A DNA stretch of 64,000 bases from an uncultured Acidobacteriota bacterium (GTDB lineage Bacteria > Acidobacteriota > Thermoanaerobaculia > Multivoradales > JAHEKO01): positions 123,374-187,373 of the forward strand of contig CAVRAU010000008.1 in NCBI GenBank assembly GCA_963719055.1, read 5' to 3'. Position 1 is the stretch's first letter; every line of letters begins with the position of its first letter. A model generated the notes under the pieces. That model ran no database searches. It saw only the letters and a program-made list of their open reading frames with translations, and was not told the DNA's origin. Below are positions 55,540-64,000 of the stretch, in pieces. The translations under genes and the position numbers were made by a program.

Positions 55540-55908
55540 TCAGTGAAAATCGGCTCGGCTGCGTTCGATCTCGACACCGACGGACTGGGCAAAACGCAGA
55601 GCTCCCGGTTTTTCCACTCTCACAGTCACTTTGTTGGCGCCGAAATCCAGGACGGCGATCCGGGCAATATCCGATGCCAGGGCCTCCACCAGGAACCGCG
55701 AGGAGCTCTCCACATGCGCGACGATGGCTTTGGTCAGAGATCGATAGTTGAGCGAGTCCTCGACGTCATCGGAAAGGGCTGCGGCACGCACATCGATGTC
55801 GAGAATCATATTGATCAGGATGTCCTGCTGCTTCTCCCGCTCCCAATCATTCAAGCCGATGATGCCTCGTACCAGCAGGTCACGGATCAGGATCTTGTCG
55901 GTTGCCAT
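55540..55908 (-). CDS. folB: Dihydroneopterin aldolase / triphosphate epimerase
   Basis: D.I.IRDL..RGIIG...WER..KQ, NY, LVEALA, VEKPGALRFA.SVGV.I.R. Confidence 0.88.
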   Translation of the reverse strand: MATDKILIRDLLVRGIIGLNDWEREKQQDILINMILDIDVRAAALSDDVEDSLNYRSLTKAIVAHVESSSRFLVEALASDIARIAVLDFGANKVTVRVEKPGALRFAQSVGVEIERSRADFH

Positions 55909-55942
55909 CGGTCCACTCTCTCCTCTCGACCGGCCCAGCATC

Positions 55943-56716
55943 TCACAGTCGACGATGGCCGGCACCCACTAGATGCTCGCCACCATCCACGCAGATCGCC
56001 TCGCCGGTGATGAAGTCGTTGGCGGCAAGAAACACGACGGTGGCACCCACTTCGGCCGGCAAGCCGGGACGGGCCAGCGGTAGCTCGCTCACCAGACTCA
56101 GCCAGTCCGGGTCTTCGACGTCGGCTCCTGGAGGCGGCAGGATAGGTCCGGGAATGACCGAGTTGACGCGAATCTGTGGGGCCAACTCGCGAGCGGCGAC
56201 TGTGGTCAGATGCAAGAGCCCGGCCTTGCTGACTCCGTGGTGGGCAAATCCCGGCCAGGCGAATTTGCCGCTGAGGTCGGCCACATTCACCACCACCGCC
56301 GGCACCCTCTCCTGTCGCGCTGCCGCCCGCATCAACGGCACCGCCGCTCGCAGGCAGACAAACGGTGCGCGCAGGTTCACCTCCATCGCCGCGTCCCATT
56401 CTGCGACGTCGATCTCTGGCAAGGCCTGCTTGCGAAAACTGGCCGCGCTGTTGACCAGGATATCCAGCCTGCCGAAACGCTCCTCCACCGCGGCGAACAT
56501 CTGTTCGATCTGCGCGACCTCTGCCAGATCGGCCTGCAAACAGACGGTCTCAGTTCCTCGCCGGCGCAAATCGTCGGCGGTGGCTTCGGCCTCGAGGCGC
56601 GAATGGCCGTAGTGGATGATCACGCGACACCCCGCCTCTGCCAGGGATTCCGTGATCCCCTTACCCAGACGGCGGCCTCCACCGGTGATCAGCGCGACAC
56701 GTTCGGTCAGCTTCAT
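55943..56716 (-). CDS. Pteridine reductase FolM/PTR1-like SDR
   Basis: TGGGRRLG, IHY..S, LVNSAA.F, SKAGL, ITG..I.VDGG; upstream of folB-folK. Confidence 0.82.
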   Translation of the reverse strand: MKLTERVALITGGGRRLGKGITESLAEAGCRVIIHYGHSRLEAEATADDLRRRGTETVCLQADLAEVAQIEQMFAAVEERFGRLDILVNSAASFRKQALPEIDVAEWDAAMEVNLRAPFVCLRAAVPLMRAAARQERVPAVVVNVADLSGKFAWPGFAHHGVSKAGLLHLTTVAARELAPQIRVNSVIPGPILPPPGADVEDPDWLSLVSELPLARPGLPAEVGATVVFLAANDFITGEAICVDGGEHLVGAGHRRL

Positions 56717-56750
56717 CCTACCCTCATCATCGGCACTCCCGATCCGTCTG

Positions 56751-57074
56751 TCAATCGGCGATCGGGTGGCGAAGTTGGACGATCCGGTTGTAGATCCAGG
56801 CGGTGAGCCAGCCGGCGGCACCCCCGAGAAGCGCGCCATAGACAAAACCCAACAAGGCCCCTGACCAAGTTACCGAGTAGCCCGGCAGGTAGTTCCGCAG
56901 CAGTGCCAGGTGCTGGCCGACATTGGGGCCGCCGCGAAGGACGAGCCACACTGTCGCCACGAGGAGGCCACTGCCGGTGAGGAGACCGCAAACAATGGCC
57001 ATGATCCCAGCCCTCAACCGGGCAATGGCAGTGGCGATGATCTTCAGCTCGCGCGAGTCCGCTTGGCGGGTCAT
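56751..57074 (-). CDS. Small membrane protein paralogous to the C-terminal domain of the upstream flavoprotein
   Basis: Hydrophobic helices; L.LL..Y..GY.VTW.G..LG; ATGA overlap with upstream gene. Confidence 0.78.
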   Translation of the reverse strand: MTRQADSRELKIIATAIARLRAGIMAIVCGLLTGSGLLVATVWLVLRGGPNVGQHLALLRNYLPGYSVTWSGALLGFVYGALLGGAAGWLTAWIYNRIVQLRHPIAD

Positions 57075-58885
57075 GTGTCGTGTGTCTCCAGTGGATCCAT
57101 GATTTCAGCCAGCTCCAGTTCTTGCAGCACCGACCCTTCGTAGGCCCCTATCAACAGGTTGAGGGTCTTGGCCATCAGGATACCGAGAAAGAATCCCCCG
57201 ACCGTCGCCTCCGCGGTTCCCAGCATGGCGCCCGTCCAAGAGACTTCAAAACCCAGAAAATAGGCTCCCAGCAGCGAGAGGTTGGGACCCAGGGGCACCC
57301 CCCCCTTCAACAGCAACACCGCTGTCGCCAGAAAGAGTCCCAGACCCATCACCGCACCGAGGGACACTGCCATCGCCACCGGATCGTAGCGCGCGAAGGC
57401 ACCTCGGAGAAGCTCCTCCAACTCGACGTCCGCGACGGGCTGTGGAACCTGTCTGTCACCGGTGGGCTTCTCGACAGCCCGGCCCTCTTCCAGGTATTCG
57501 CTTTCTACATTCACCGCCCAGACATCGTGCTGGGCACCAAGGATGTTCTGGGCAGCGCAGATTCCCGACAGCATGGAGTGATCCTGGTTGTTGTAGCGAT
57601 GCTGGCCGTTCCTGCCAATGACCTGCAGGTTCGAGAACCCAAAGAGGTAGTCGCGAATCGCATCCACAGATTCACGGTAGTGCCCGTCATAGACCGGATA
57701 GGCCTTGGGCATCCTCACCACGGTGCCGTCCTCCACCTCCCCTGGCTCGACAAGTCCCAGGGTCGCCATCTCCCGAATGCCCAGCTTCACCAGATCCGCA
57801 TCCGAGGCCGTCCAGAGCTCGTCGCCCACGTTGACGAAGTACTCGAGACCCAGCGACGTCTTGCTGGAGTCGGGAACCATCTCCGGACTCCAATTCTTGA
57901 AGTTTTGAATGCGTCCCATCACCACTTCGGGGGAATGGATGTAGATCCAGTTGTCCGGAAAGACATCCTCGCGGTCCACGATCAGCACCACGATCAAGAA
58001 ATCTCTGTAACTGAGCCGATCGGCGGCGGCCCGTATCTCGGCCGGTGGGGCGGGTTCCAAGCATCGAACGAGGTCGCTGAGGGGCATGGACGAGATGACG
58101 TGATCTGCGGCCACCCGCTCGCGCCCACCATCCCTCTTGGCAACGCTCACTCCTTGTACCCGGCCGTTCTCGTGACGAATCTCCTCCACCCGAGTCCCCA
58201 ATTCGATCCTCGCCCCATTCGCCTCCAGGCGGTCCCGACACCGCTCCCACATCATTCCAGGACCGAACCTCGGGTAGTGGAAGCGGTCGATGAGTGTGCT
58301 GATGATCTCGCCACTGCCCCGGGAGCCGATCAGGGAATTGCGAACCGCCTTGAGCAGATCGAGATTCTTGATCCGCTGGGCCGCCCAATCGGCACTGATC
58401 TCGGAGCAGGGTATGCCCCAGACCTTTTCGGTGTAGGTCTTGAAGAAGATCTCGTACAACCGGTGCCCGAACCGATTGGAGACCCACTCCTCGAAACTCC
58501 GCTCCTCGGGGTGCGGCAGGAGCCGTGCCCGCAGATAGCTCAATCCCACTCGGGCCGCTTCCCAGGGCCCCAGCCCTCGGAGAGCGTTCATCGGCTTCAG
58601 CGGATAATCGAAGAACCGGTCCTGGTAAAAGATGCGCGAAAGACGCGGCCGCTCTAGAAAATCCTCTCCGAGAGTCTCTTCCCAAAAGGCCTGGATCTCA
58701 GGCACCTTGGTAAAGAATCGATGCCCTCCGATGTCGAATCGGTATCCCTGATACCGCACCGTACGAGAGATGCCGCCAACGATCTCGTCTTGTTCGAAGG
58801 TTCGAGATTCGCGACCCACTCGCGACAGCTCATAGGCCGCGGCCAGCCCCGCGGGTCCACCACCGATGATGACGATTTCGCTCAT
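57071..58885 (-). CDS. FAD-dependent oxidoreductase (UDP-galactopyranose mutase / HemY-like fold) with C-terminal membrane domain
   Basis: IIGGGPAGL, VGG.SRT, DIGGHRFF.K, KAYPVY, GRNG.H.YNNQDHSM. Confidence 0.87.
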   Translation of the reverse strand: MSEIVIIGGGPAGLAAAYELSRVGRESRTFEQDEIVGGISRTVRYQGYRFDIGGHRFFTKVPEIQAFWEETLGEDFLERPRLSRIFYQDRFFDYPLKPMNALRGLGPWEAARVGLSYLRARLLPHPEERSFEEWVSNRFGHRLYEIFFKTYTEKVWGIPCSEISADWAAQRIKNLDLLKAVRNSLIGSRGSGEIISTLIDRFHYPRFGPGMMWERCRDRLEANGARIELGTRVEEIRHENGRVQGVSVAKRDGGRERVAADHVISSMPLSDLVRCLEPAPPAEIRAAADRLSYRDFLIVVLIVDREDVFPDNWIYIHSPEVVMGRIQNFKNWSPEMVPDSSKTSLGLEYFVNVGDELWTASDADLVKLGIREMATLGLVEPGEVEDGTVVRMPKAYPVYDGHYRESVDAIRDYLFGFSNLQVIGRNGQHRYNNQDHSMLSGICAAQNILGAQHDVWAVNVESEYLEEGRAVEKPTGDRQVPQPVADVELEELLRGAFARYDPVAMAVSLGAVMGLGLFLATAVLLLKGGVPLGPNLSLLGAYFLGFEVSWTGAMLGTAEATVGGFFLGILMAKTLNLLIGAYEGSVLQELELAEIMDPLETHDT

Positions 58886-58972
58886 GATGCGAAGCCATCC
58901 TAACCGAGACTCGGACCTACTGGCGACAGATCGACATCGTGCTGGCGGATTTGGCGATAGAGTCTCTCGGTC

Positions 58973-60400
58973 GTGACGACTCAAGACAGACCGGTGACGG
59001 CCTCGCCGCGGGAGTCGATCCTCGAGAGCTTCACTGCGCTCGGCGGCGGAGTGATCCTATCTCGCCTCGTCGCGTTTATCGGCACCGCCTACCTGGCCCG
59101 CACTCTGGGCACCTACGCCTTCGGCATCGTCGGTCTCGCCACCGCGGTGACCTTCTTTCTGGGTCTCGCCCTACGGATGGGTTTCGAGCCGATTGGCGCG
59201 CGAGAAGTGGCTCGGGACCCGGAATCGGCGACCAGTCTCGCGGCGGGCGCAGGACTTCTCCGACTCGCCCTGGCGTTGGTGGGCCTGGGAATCCTGGCCC
59301 TCGTCGGCCTGTTCCTGGATAAACCTCCAGAAGTTCGGCAAGTCTTCGTCCTGACGGGGCTTCTGCTGCTGCCATGGGCTCTGGATCTTCGCTGGGTCTA
59401 CCGAGGTCTGGCGCGAAATCGCTGGGTCGGCATCAGCATGATTCTGGCGCAAGTCGTCCATGTGACGCTGCTCCTGCTCGTGGTCAAGAGCCCCGCAGAC
59501 GTCATCTGGGCACCGCTGGCGCTGGTCCTGGGAGAGATGGTGGCGGTCGTCTTCTTGTCTCTTCCCCTGCTGCGGAGCTGGACAGGCCGAGCCGACTGGC
59601 GACGGGCCAGGGGTGTCCTTCGATCTTCAGGCTTTCTTGTGTCCTCGGGTCTGCTGGGCGCCCTGATCCGGACCACCGACATTGTCCTCATTGCACTGCT
59701 CCTGGGCGAATCACAGGTCGGTGTCTTCTCCGCCGCCTACCGGATCTGTTTTCTGCTCCTGGCGATCGCCGTCTCATTGCACTCGGCCTACCAACCCCAG
59801 TTGGCTCGAGTCCCCAACCATGATCTTCAGGCGATGGAGAAATTGACGGAGCGGGCCTTGGAGTCCGCGGGCAGTTTGGCCATTCCGTTCGTGGTGGGAG
59901 GCTGGATCCTGGCCACGCCCATACTGAGCCACCTCTTCGGACCCGAGTTCGCGGTCGGCCGGGACGCCTTTCGACTTCTCCTCGTGGCCATGGGACTCTT
60001 CTTTCTGCACGGGGTTTTCTTTCAACTCCTGGTGGTGTTCGATCGCACTCGTCCGGAGTTGGCTCTTCGCGGCACCGCGGCGGGTCTCAATCTGATTCTC
60101 AATCTATTGCTGATTCCGCGATTCGGTATCGCGGGCGCCGCTGTCGCCACCGTCCTGGCGGAGCTGGTCATCCTGGTCTGGCGATGGCTCGTCTGCCGTC
60201 AGCTCGGGGTCACGGTTCACAGCCGGTTCCTGTTGAAGCCGTTGGGGGCCGCATCGGGAATGGCCATCGTCATGCTCTGGATGGAGCCACGCGTTGCCTG
60301 GTTCCTGACCTTCGTCGTGGGCGGTCTCTCCTATGTCATCCTTCTACTTCTGCTACGAGGGTTTCCACGGGATCTGCGCCCTCGAGCCCTGACGCGCTGA
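58973..60400 (+). CDS. Wzx/MOP-family oligosaccharide flippase
   Basis: About 12-14 TM helices, YLAR.LG...FG, G.FSAAYR, LIP.FGI.GAA.AT..AE. Confidence 0.85.
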   Translation: MTTQDRPVTASPRESILESFTALGGGVILSRLVAFIGTAYLARTLGTYAFGIVGLATAVTFFLGLALRMGFEPIGAREVARDPESATSLAAGAGLLRLALALVGLGILALVGLFLDKPPEVRQVFVLTGLLLLPWALDLRWVYRGLARNRWVGISMILAQVVHVTLLLLVVKSPADVIWAPLALVLGEMVAVVFLSLPLLRSWTGRADWRRARGVLRSSGFLVSSGLLGALIRTTDIVLIALLLGESQVGVFSAAYRICFLLLAIAVSLHSAYQPQLARVPNHDLQAMEKLTERALESAGSLAIPFVVGGWILATPILSHLFGPEFAVGRDAFRLLLVAMGLFFLHGVFFQLLVVFDRTRPELALRGTAAGLNLILNLLLIPRFGIAGAAVATVLAELVILVWRWLVCRQLGVTVHSRFLLKPLGAASGMAIVMLWMEPRVAWFLTFVVGGLSYVILLLLLRGFPRDLRPRALTR

Positions 60401-60405
60401 TCACT

Positions 60406-61422
60406 CTAGGACCGAGCGCGTCCGTGGCGACTCCAGAAGAGAACATGTCCAATCAGGAAGGCCACTGCACAGTTGAGCTGATACAACCAGTGCAGGACGA
60501 TGCCTCCCATCAGGAGCTTGACGCCGCCTTTTCTGGCCAGCAGTCGATAGAACCCCGCATTGAGCCACAGCAGGACGAGTCCTGCGCCCAGTGAGATCAG
60601 CAGCGTCCGCGGCCAGGCCAGGGCCAGCACCAGTCCGATCCCCACGAGCAGGGACAACACGACACTCCATCGCCCGCGAAAATCCAGATTCAGTCCCTTC
60701 TGGGAGGGCCCTTCTTCAAGGAGCAGAAGAGTCCAGGGGATGCCTCGGTCCACAAGATCGCTGCGCAGCACTCCGCCCAGGGTCCAGGCTTTGTGGTGTT
60801 TGACCTGTACGTCCTTGGCGAGTCGGATCTGACCCCCGATCTCTACCAAGCGATGCCCCAGTTCGATGTCCTCGATACAGGGTCGCCCATAGCGCTCAGT
60901 GTCGAATCCGCCCAGTTGCTCGAACACCGATCTCCGAATCGCGCCGCAACCGGCCCAGAAGGTCGTCGCTTGTTCGCTCCCCTGTTGGTGAACGAAGTGA
61001 TGCTGCAGATTCTTGTATCTGGCCACGAGCCCCGGGGCACTGGGAGCCTCGTCATAGGAGCCGAACAACGCTTCGAGTTGGGGCTCTCGGCGGAGGATCT
61101 CGACCGCTCGAGCCAGAGTATCCGGGCCCGCACTGCAATCCGCATCGATAAAGAACAGCACCTCGCCGTGAGCCTGGCGGGCGCCCAGGTTCCGAGCGGC
61201 TCCCGGACCTTGCCGACCCGCGGTCTGGAGCACCTTGGCTCCAGCTGCGGCAGCAATTTCCCTGGACCCATCGGTCGAACCGTCGTCTACCACGATCAGC
61301 TCCCAGTCGGTGAAGCTGGAACCACGGAGGTCCTGCAGGCAGGTACCCAACGTATCGGCCCCATCGAGAACGGGAACTACGACCGTCAGGTAGGGAGCTG
61401 CAGGGCTACGACTGTCAACCAT
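60406..61422 (-). CDS. GT2 glycosyltransferase with C-terminal TM helices
   Basis: VVDDGSTD, G.AARN.GA, FIDAD, GGFD, IEDIELG. Confidence 0.9.
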   Translation of the reverse strand: MVDSRSPAAPYLTVVVPVLDGADTLGTCLQDLRGSSFTDWELIVVDDGSTDGSREIAAAAGAKVLQTAGRQGPGAARNLGARQAHGEVLFFIDADCSAGPDTLARAVEILRREPQLEALFGSYDEAPSAPGLVARYKNLQHHFVHQQGSEQATTFWAGCGAIRRSVFEQLGGFDTERYGRPCIEDIELGHRLVEIGGQIRLAKDVQVKHHKAWTLGGVLRSDLVDRGIPWTLLLLEEGPSQKGLNLDFRGRWSVVLSLLVGIGLVLALAWPRTLLISLGAGLVLLWLNAGFYRLLARKGGVKLLMGGIVLHWLYQLNCAVAFLIGHVLFWSRHGRARS

Positions 61423-61499
61423 GATTTTCTTCGCGGGCCAGACCTGCGACTTACTTCAGGTGGGATAGTCTAAGCCAGCCTCGGGGGGAACTGAAGACC

Positions 61500-62426
61500 A
61501 TGATCCATGCACGACCCTGGCCCGGATTCCTGTATTGCCTTCTCGCCAGCTGCATTCTTCTGTTTGCCCAAGGGAGAGTTGTCAGCGCTGAGGATACTGA
61601 AACCTACTCGGCAGATATCGCAGAATGGCATCGTCACCGAGCCGAGAGCCTGACTGCGGAGAACGGCTGGTTGTCTCTGATCGGTCTCTTCTGGCTCGCA
61701 GAAGGTGTCAATACACTCGGTAGCGATCCCGACAGCGATCTGATTCTGCCGGACTCCAAGGCACCCTCGAGGGTGGCCACCTTGACCCTGAAAGGTGATC
61801 AGATCCAGTCTCGAGGTGGCAACGGGTGTGGCCATCACCCATGAAGGCATGCGGATCTCCGCCTTCGATCTGGCCGTGGACACCTCGGGTAGCCCGACGA
61901 TCTTGGATCTGGGGGATCTCCAGTTCTACGTGATCGAGCGATCAGGACGGTACGGCCTCCGGGTCCGAGACCGCAACCATCCAGCCCGTTTCGGGTTTCC
62001 CGGCATCGAAACCTTTCCCATCGACGCAAGATGGCGGATCACCGGCCGCCTCGAGGCCTACGACCCACCCCGAACCATTCCCATCCCCGATGTTCTCGGC
62101 CAGGTGAACCACCTGGAGTCACCCGGCACCACGGTCTTCGACATCAGGAACCAGAGCTACCGGCTGGACGCACTACCCGGACCGGACGGCGAGCCTCTAC
62201 CTGATCTTCGCGGATCAGACTTCAGGCCGAGAGACCTACGGCGGCGGGCGATTCCTCTACAGCGAACCCGTAGCCGAAGACGGCAGCGTCGTCCTCGACT
62301 TCAACAAGTCCTACAACCCGCCCTGTGCCTTCACCGACTACGCGACCTGCCCACTGCCCCCAAGGCAGAACAAGCTACCGGTGCGCATCGAAGCCGGCGA
62401 AAAGAAGCTACGGCAGGCACCGCTAG
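61500..62426 (+). CDS. Secreted DUF1684-family protein (frameshifts near 61810, 62195, 62405)
   Basis: GWLSL.GL.WL; IF.D.T...TYGGGRFLY; [21 protein letters not shown] across frames. Confidence 0.82.
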
Positions 62427-62464
62427 ACCGGGCTGGCCCGGCCTGGATCCTCAATTTACGGAAT

Positions 62465-62496
62465 CAAAACGAGAATCGCGGCCTTGCGGCCGCGAT
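62465..62496 (-). terminator. Terminator hairpin with GCAA tetraloop
   Basis: Minus strand atcgcggcc-GCAA-ggccgcgat followed by tctcgttttg. Confidence 0.6.
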
Positions 62497-62700
62497 CAAG
62501 AGGTCTCCAGAGGAGACTCGATAAGGAAAAGGATGGGAGGTTCCTAAGATGATGTGATATGTGTAGAATTTACCCCGGTTTTTCCGGGGACTGGGGTAGG
62601 CCAGTCAGTGAGTTGGAGATTATTAAAGTCTCCATTAGAGTCGGTTGGAATAACTCGTAGAAAGGGGAACCTCCCAGTCAATGCTCTTTCGAGCTTCCTT
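62465..62700 (-). ncRNA. Candidate ~235-nt structured small RNA
   Basis: Bounded by a sigma70-like promoter and a terminator; GAAA hairpin; 11-bp long-range stem; several internal hairpins; no convincing ORF. Confidence 0.5.
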
Positions 62701-62706
62701 GCGGGA

Positions 62707-62746
62707 ACTATAACAGCTTGTGACACTTTTCACAAGCCCCTATAGA
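62707..62746. promoter_or_regulatory. Bidirectional sigma70-like promoter centred on a TTGTGA-N6-TCACAA palindrome (Rex/CRP-like operator)
   Basis: Plus: TTGTGA(62718)-N17-TATAGA(62741). Minus: TTGTGA(62735)-N17-TATAGT(62712), with a TGn extension. Confidence 0.65.
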
Positions 62747-62760
62747 GAGACTTCTCAAAC

Positions 62761-63681
62761 ATGACCGACGACACCACGAAAACAAGCTCTCTCGCTGCTA
62801 CCGAGCCGTCTGCCCCACCCAGAAGAAAGATCAAGAAACTCGAGGTCATGGTGGCCGATGTAGTTCGCGAGACGCCGGACTCCGCCACCTTGATCCTGTT
62901 TACCGGCAACGATCAGCTCGAGTACCAACCCGGGCATTTCCTGACCATCGATCCCCATCAGTTTCCCGCTCTCGAACGCTTTATCGAGTATTTCGAGGAG
63001 ATGAAGGGCAAGCGCGAGCCCGCTCGTGCCTATTCCATGGCGTCAGCGCCTCATGAGAAGTATCTGGCCATCACGGTCAAGGAGGAGTACTACATCTCTG
63101 GGCGCACCAAGTACCCCCCTCTGCTCTCCCCCCTGTTGGTCTGGAGAATACAGCCCGGCACCCGCATGGTCGTCACTGGATTTGGTGGGCCCTACGTCCT
63201 GCCAGACGACATCGAATCCCGGACCGATCATCTCGTCCATGTCTGCGCCGGTTCGGGAATCGTTCCCAACTGGAGCATCCTCAAACATGCTCTCGCCGAG
63301 AATCTCGAGATCCGTCACACGCTGGTCTATGGCAACAAGACCTTCGACGACATCATCTTTCGCAGCCAACTGGAGGCTCTCCAGCGCCAGCATCCAGACA
63401 GAATCCGGGTGGTGCACGCCTTGAGCCGTGAGCAGGACGTCCGTCGGTATGGCGAGTCTTTTCAGCCGGGGAGGGTTGATCGAGCCGCCATCCAATCAGC
63501 GATCCCCGACCCCGCCGCCGCCGTGGTCTTCGCCTGCGGTCCGGGAATCGGCAAATGGGAGAGATTGGCGGCCAAGGAATCCGGTACCGAGCCGCAACCG
63601 CGGTTCCTGGAGTCGGCGCTCGCGGCCCTGGAGGACATCGGCGTGCCCAAGGCACAGATCCATCGCGAGAGCTACGGCTGA
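62761..63681 (+). CDS. Stand-alone FNR-like FAD/NAD(P)-binding oxidoreductase
   Basis: PG.FLT, RAYSMAS, AGSGI.P, L.YGN, FACGP, C-terminal HRESYG; no ferredoxin domain. Confidence 0.85.
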   Translation: MTDDTTKTSSLAATEPSAPPRRKIKKLEVMVADVVRETPDSATLILFTGNDQLEYQPGHFLTIDPHQFPALERFIEYFEEMKGKREPARAYSMASAPHEKYLAITVKEEYYISGRTKYPPLLSPLLVWRIQPGTRMVVTGFGGPYVLPDDIESRTDHLVHVCAGSGIVPNWSILKHALAENLEIRHTLVYGNKTFDDIIFRSQLEALQRQHPDRIRVVHALSREQDVRRYGESFQPGRVDRAAIQSAIPDPAAAVVFACGPGIGKWERLAAKESGTEPQPRFLESALAALEDIGVPKAQIHRESYG

Positions 63682-63704
63682 GAACTGCCGACTCGCAGTG
63701 GATC

Positions 63705-64000
63705 CTACTGGAGGTCCGGAGGTCTTTGGAGGCCGCCGTGATGACTCTCGCCTGGGCTCACTGGGATGAGACTGCCCGGTGGTCGACGGACGATGGCATC
63801 TCGATACGAGTTGCGAGTCCCGGAATTCGGGTGGCGCTCCTCGCTTCCGTATCCCTGACGATGATGCTCGGGTCGCAGGGGCGGTCGCGGCCTAGGACCC
63901 GGCGCCTCGATCAACGGATACCCACCCCAGAGCGGAATGCCGTAGCGGACAACTATGGCCTCTTCCCGCATTCGACGACTCTCTTCGGCCTGCGCCAGCT
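63705..64000 (-). CDS. 3' end of a hypothetical protein entering from outside the window
   Basis: Open frame to the window edge with a Pro/Arg-rich tail; no motif recognised. Confidence 0.35.
   Translation of the reverse strand, partial: LAQAEESRRMREEAIVVRYGIPLWGGYPLIEAPGPRPRPPLRPEHHRQGYGSEERHPNSGTRNSYRDAIVRRPPGSLIPVSPGESHHGGLQRPPDLQ

Noticed and set aside
62534-62676. Inverted-repeat-bounded element as a retron msr-msd or MITE
   Set aside because: No reverse transcriptase or transposase nearby and no evident target-site duplication; kept as an sRNA candidate instead.
62544-62745. 60- and 63-aa ORFs in the DUF1684-reductase gap
   Set aside because: They overlap the predicted promoter elements, have atypical codon usage and show no motifs.

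Overview
GC-rich, gene-dense bacterial chromosomal window. Gene content and protein motifs suggest Acidobacteriota, possibly Thermoanaerobaculia; this is an inference. Left to right: mlaEFD; UDP-sugar genes (epimerase, ugd, uxs); yggX, DedA/VTT, a divergent ClpX-like ATPase and a TPR protein; a coxG-xdhC-mocA-acyl-CoA ligase cluster; cytochrome c; maeB-fhs; a COG2403 (cDPGS-like/ArcE-like) enzyme; infC with an ATC start; argG-argH; a ~23 kb Wzm/Wzt surface-glycan locus (GTs, two Thr-type sulfatase-like proteins, SGNH protein, methyltransferase-GT-coiled-coil protein, rmlACDB) interrupted by an ECF sigma/anti-sigma/secreted-protein trio; aceK, egtB, an M14 deacylase and a MOCOS-like PLP enzyme; a phytase-like/EEP fusion; folM-folB-folK; a flavoprotein, flippase and GT2; DUF1684; an FNR-like reductase. 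Many genes have single-base frameshifts that look like long-read assembly errors. No rRNA, tRNA, CRISPR array, RT or transposase was seen. Best leads: (1) an 'IFxxGFExG-W' peptide motif shared by an anti-sigma factor and a tiny lipoprotein, next to a secreted domain that seems to lack that strand; (2) a ~235-nt structured RNA with its own promoter and terminator, driven from a symmetric bidirectional promoter built on a Rex/CRP-like palindrome; (3) a possible variant ergothioneine pathway; (4) an ArcE-like gene near argGH.
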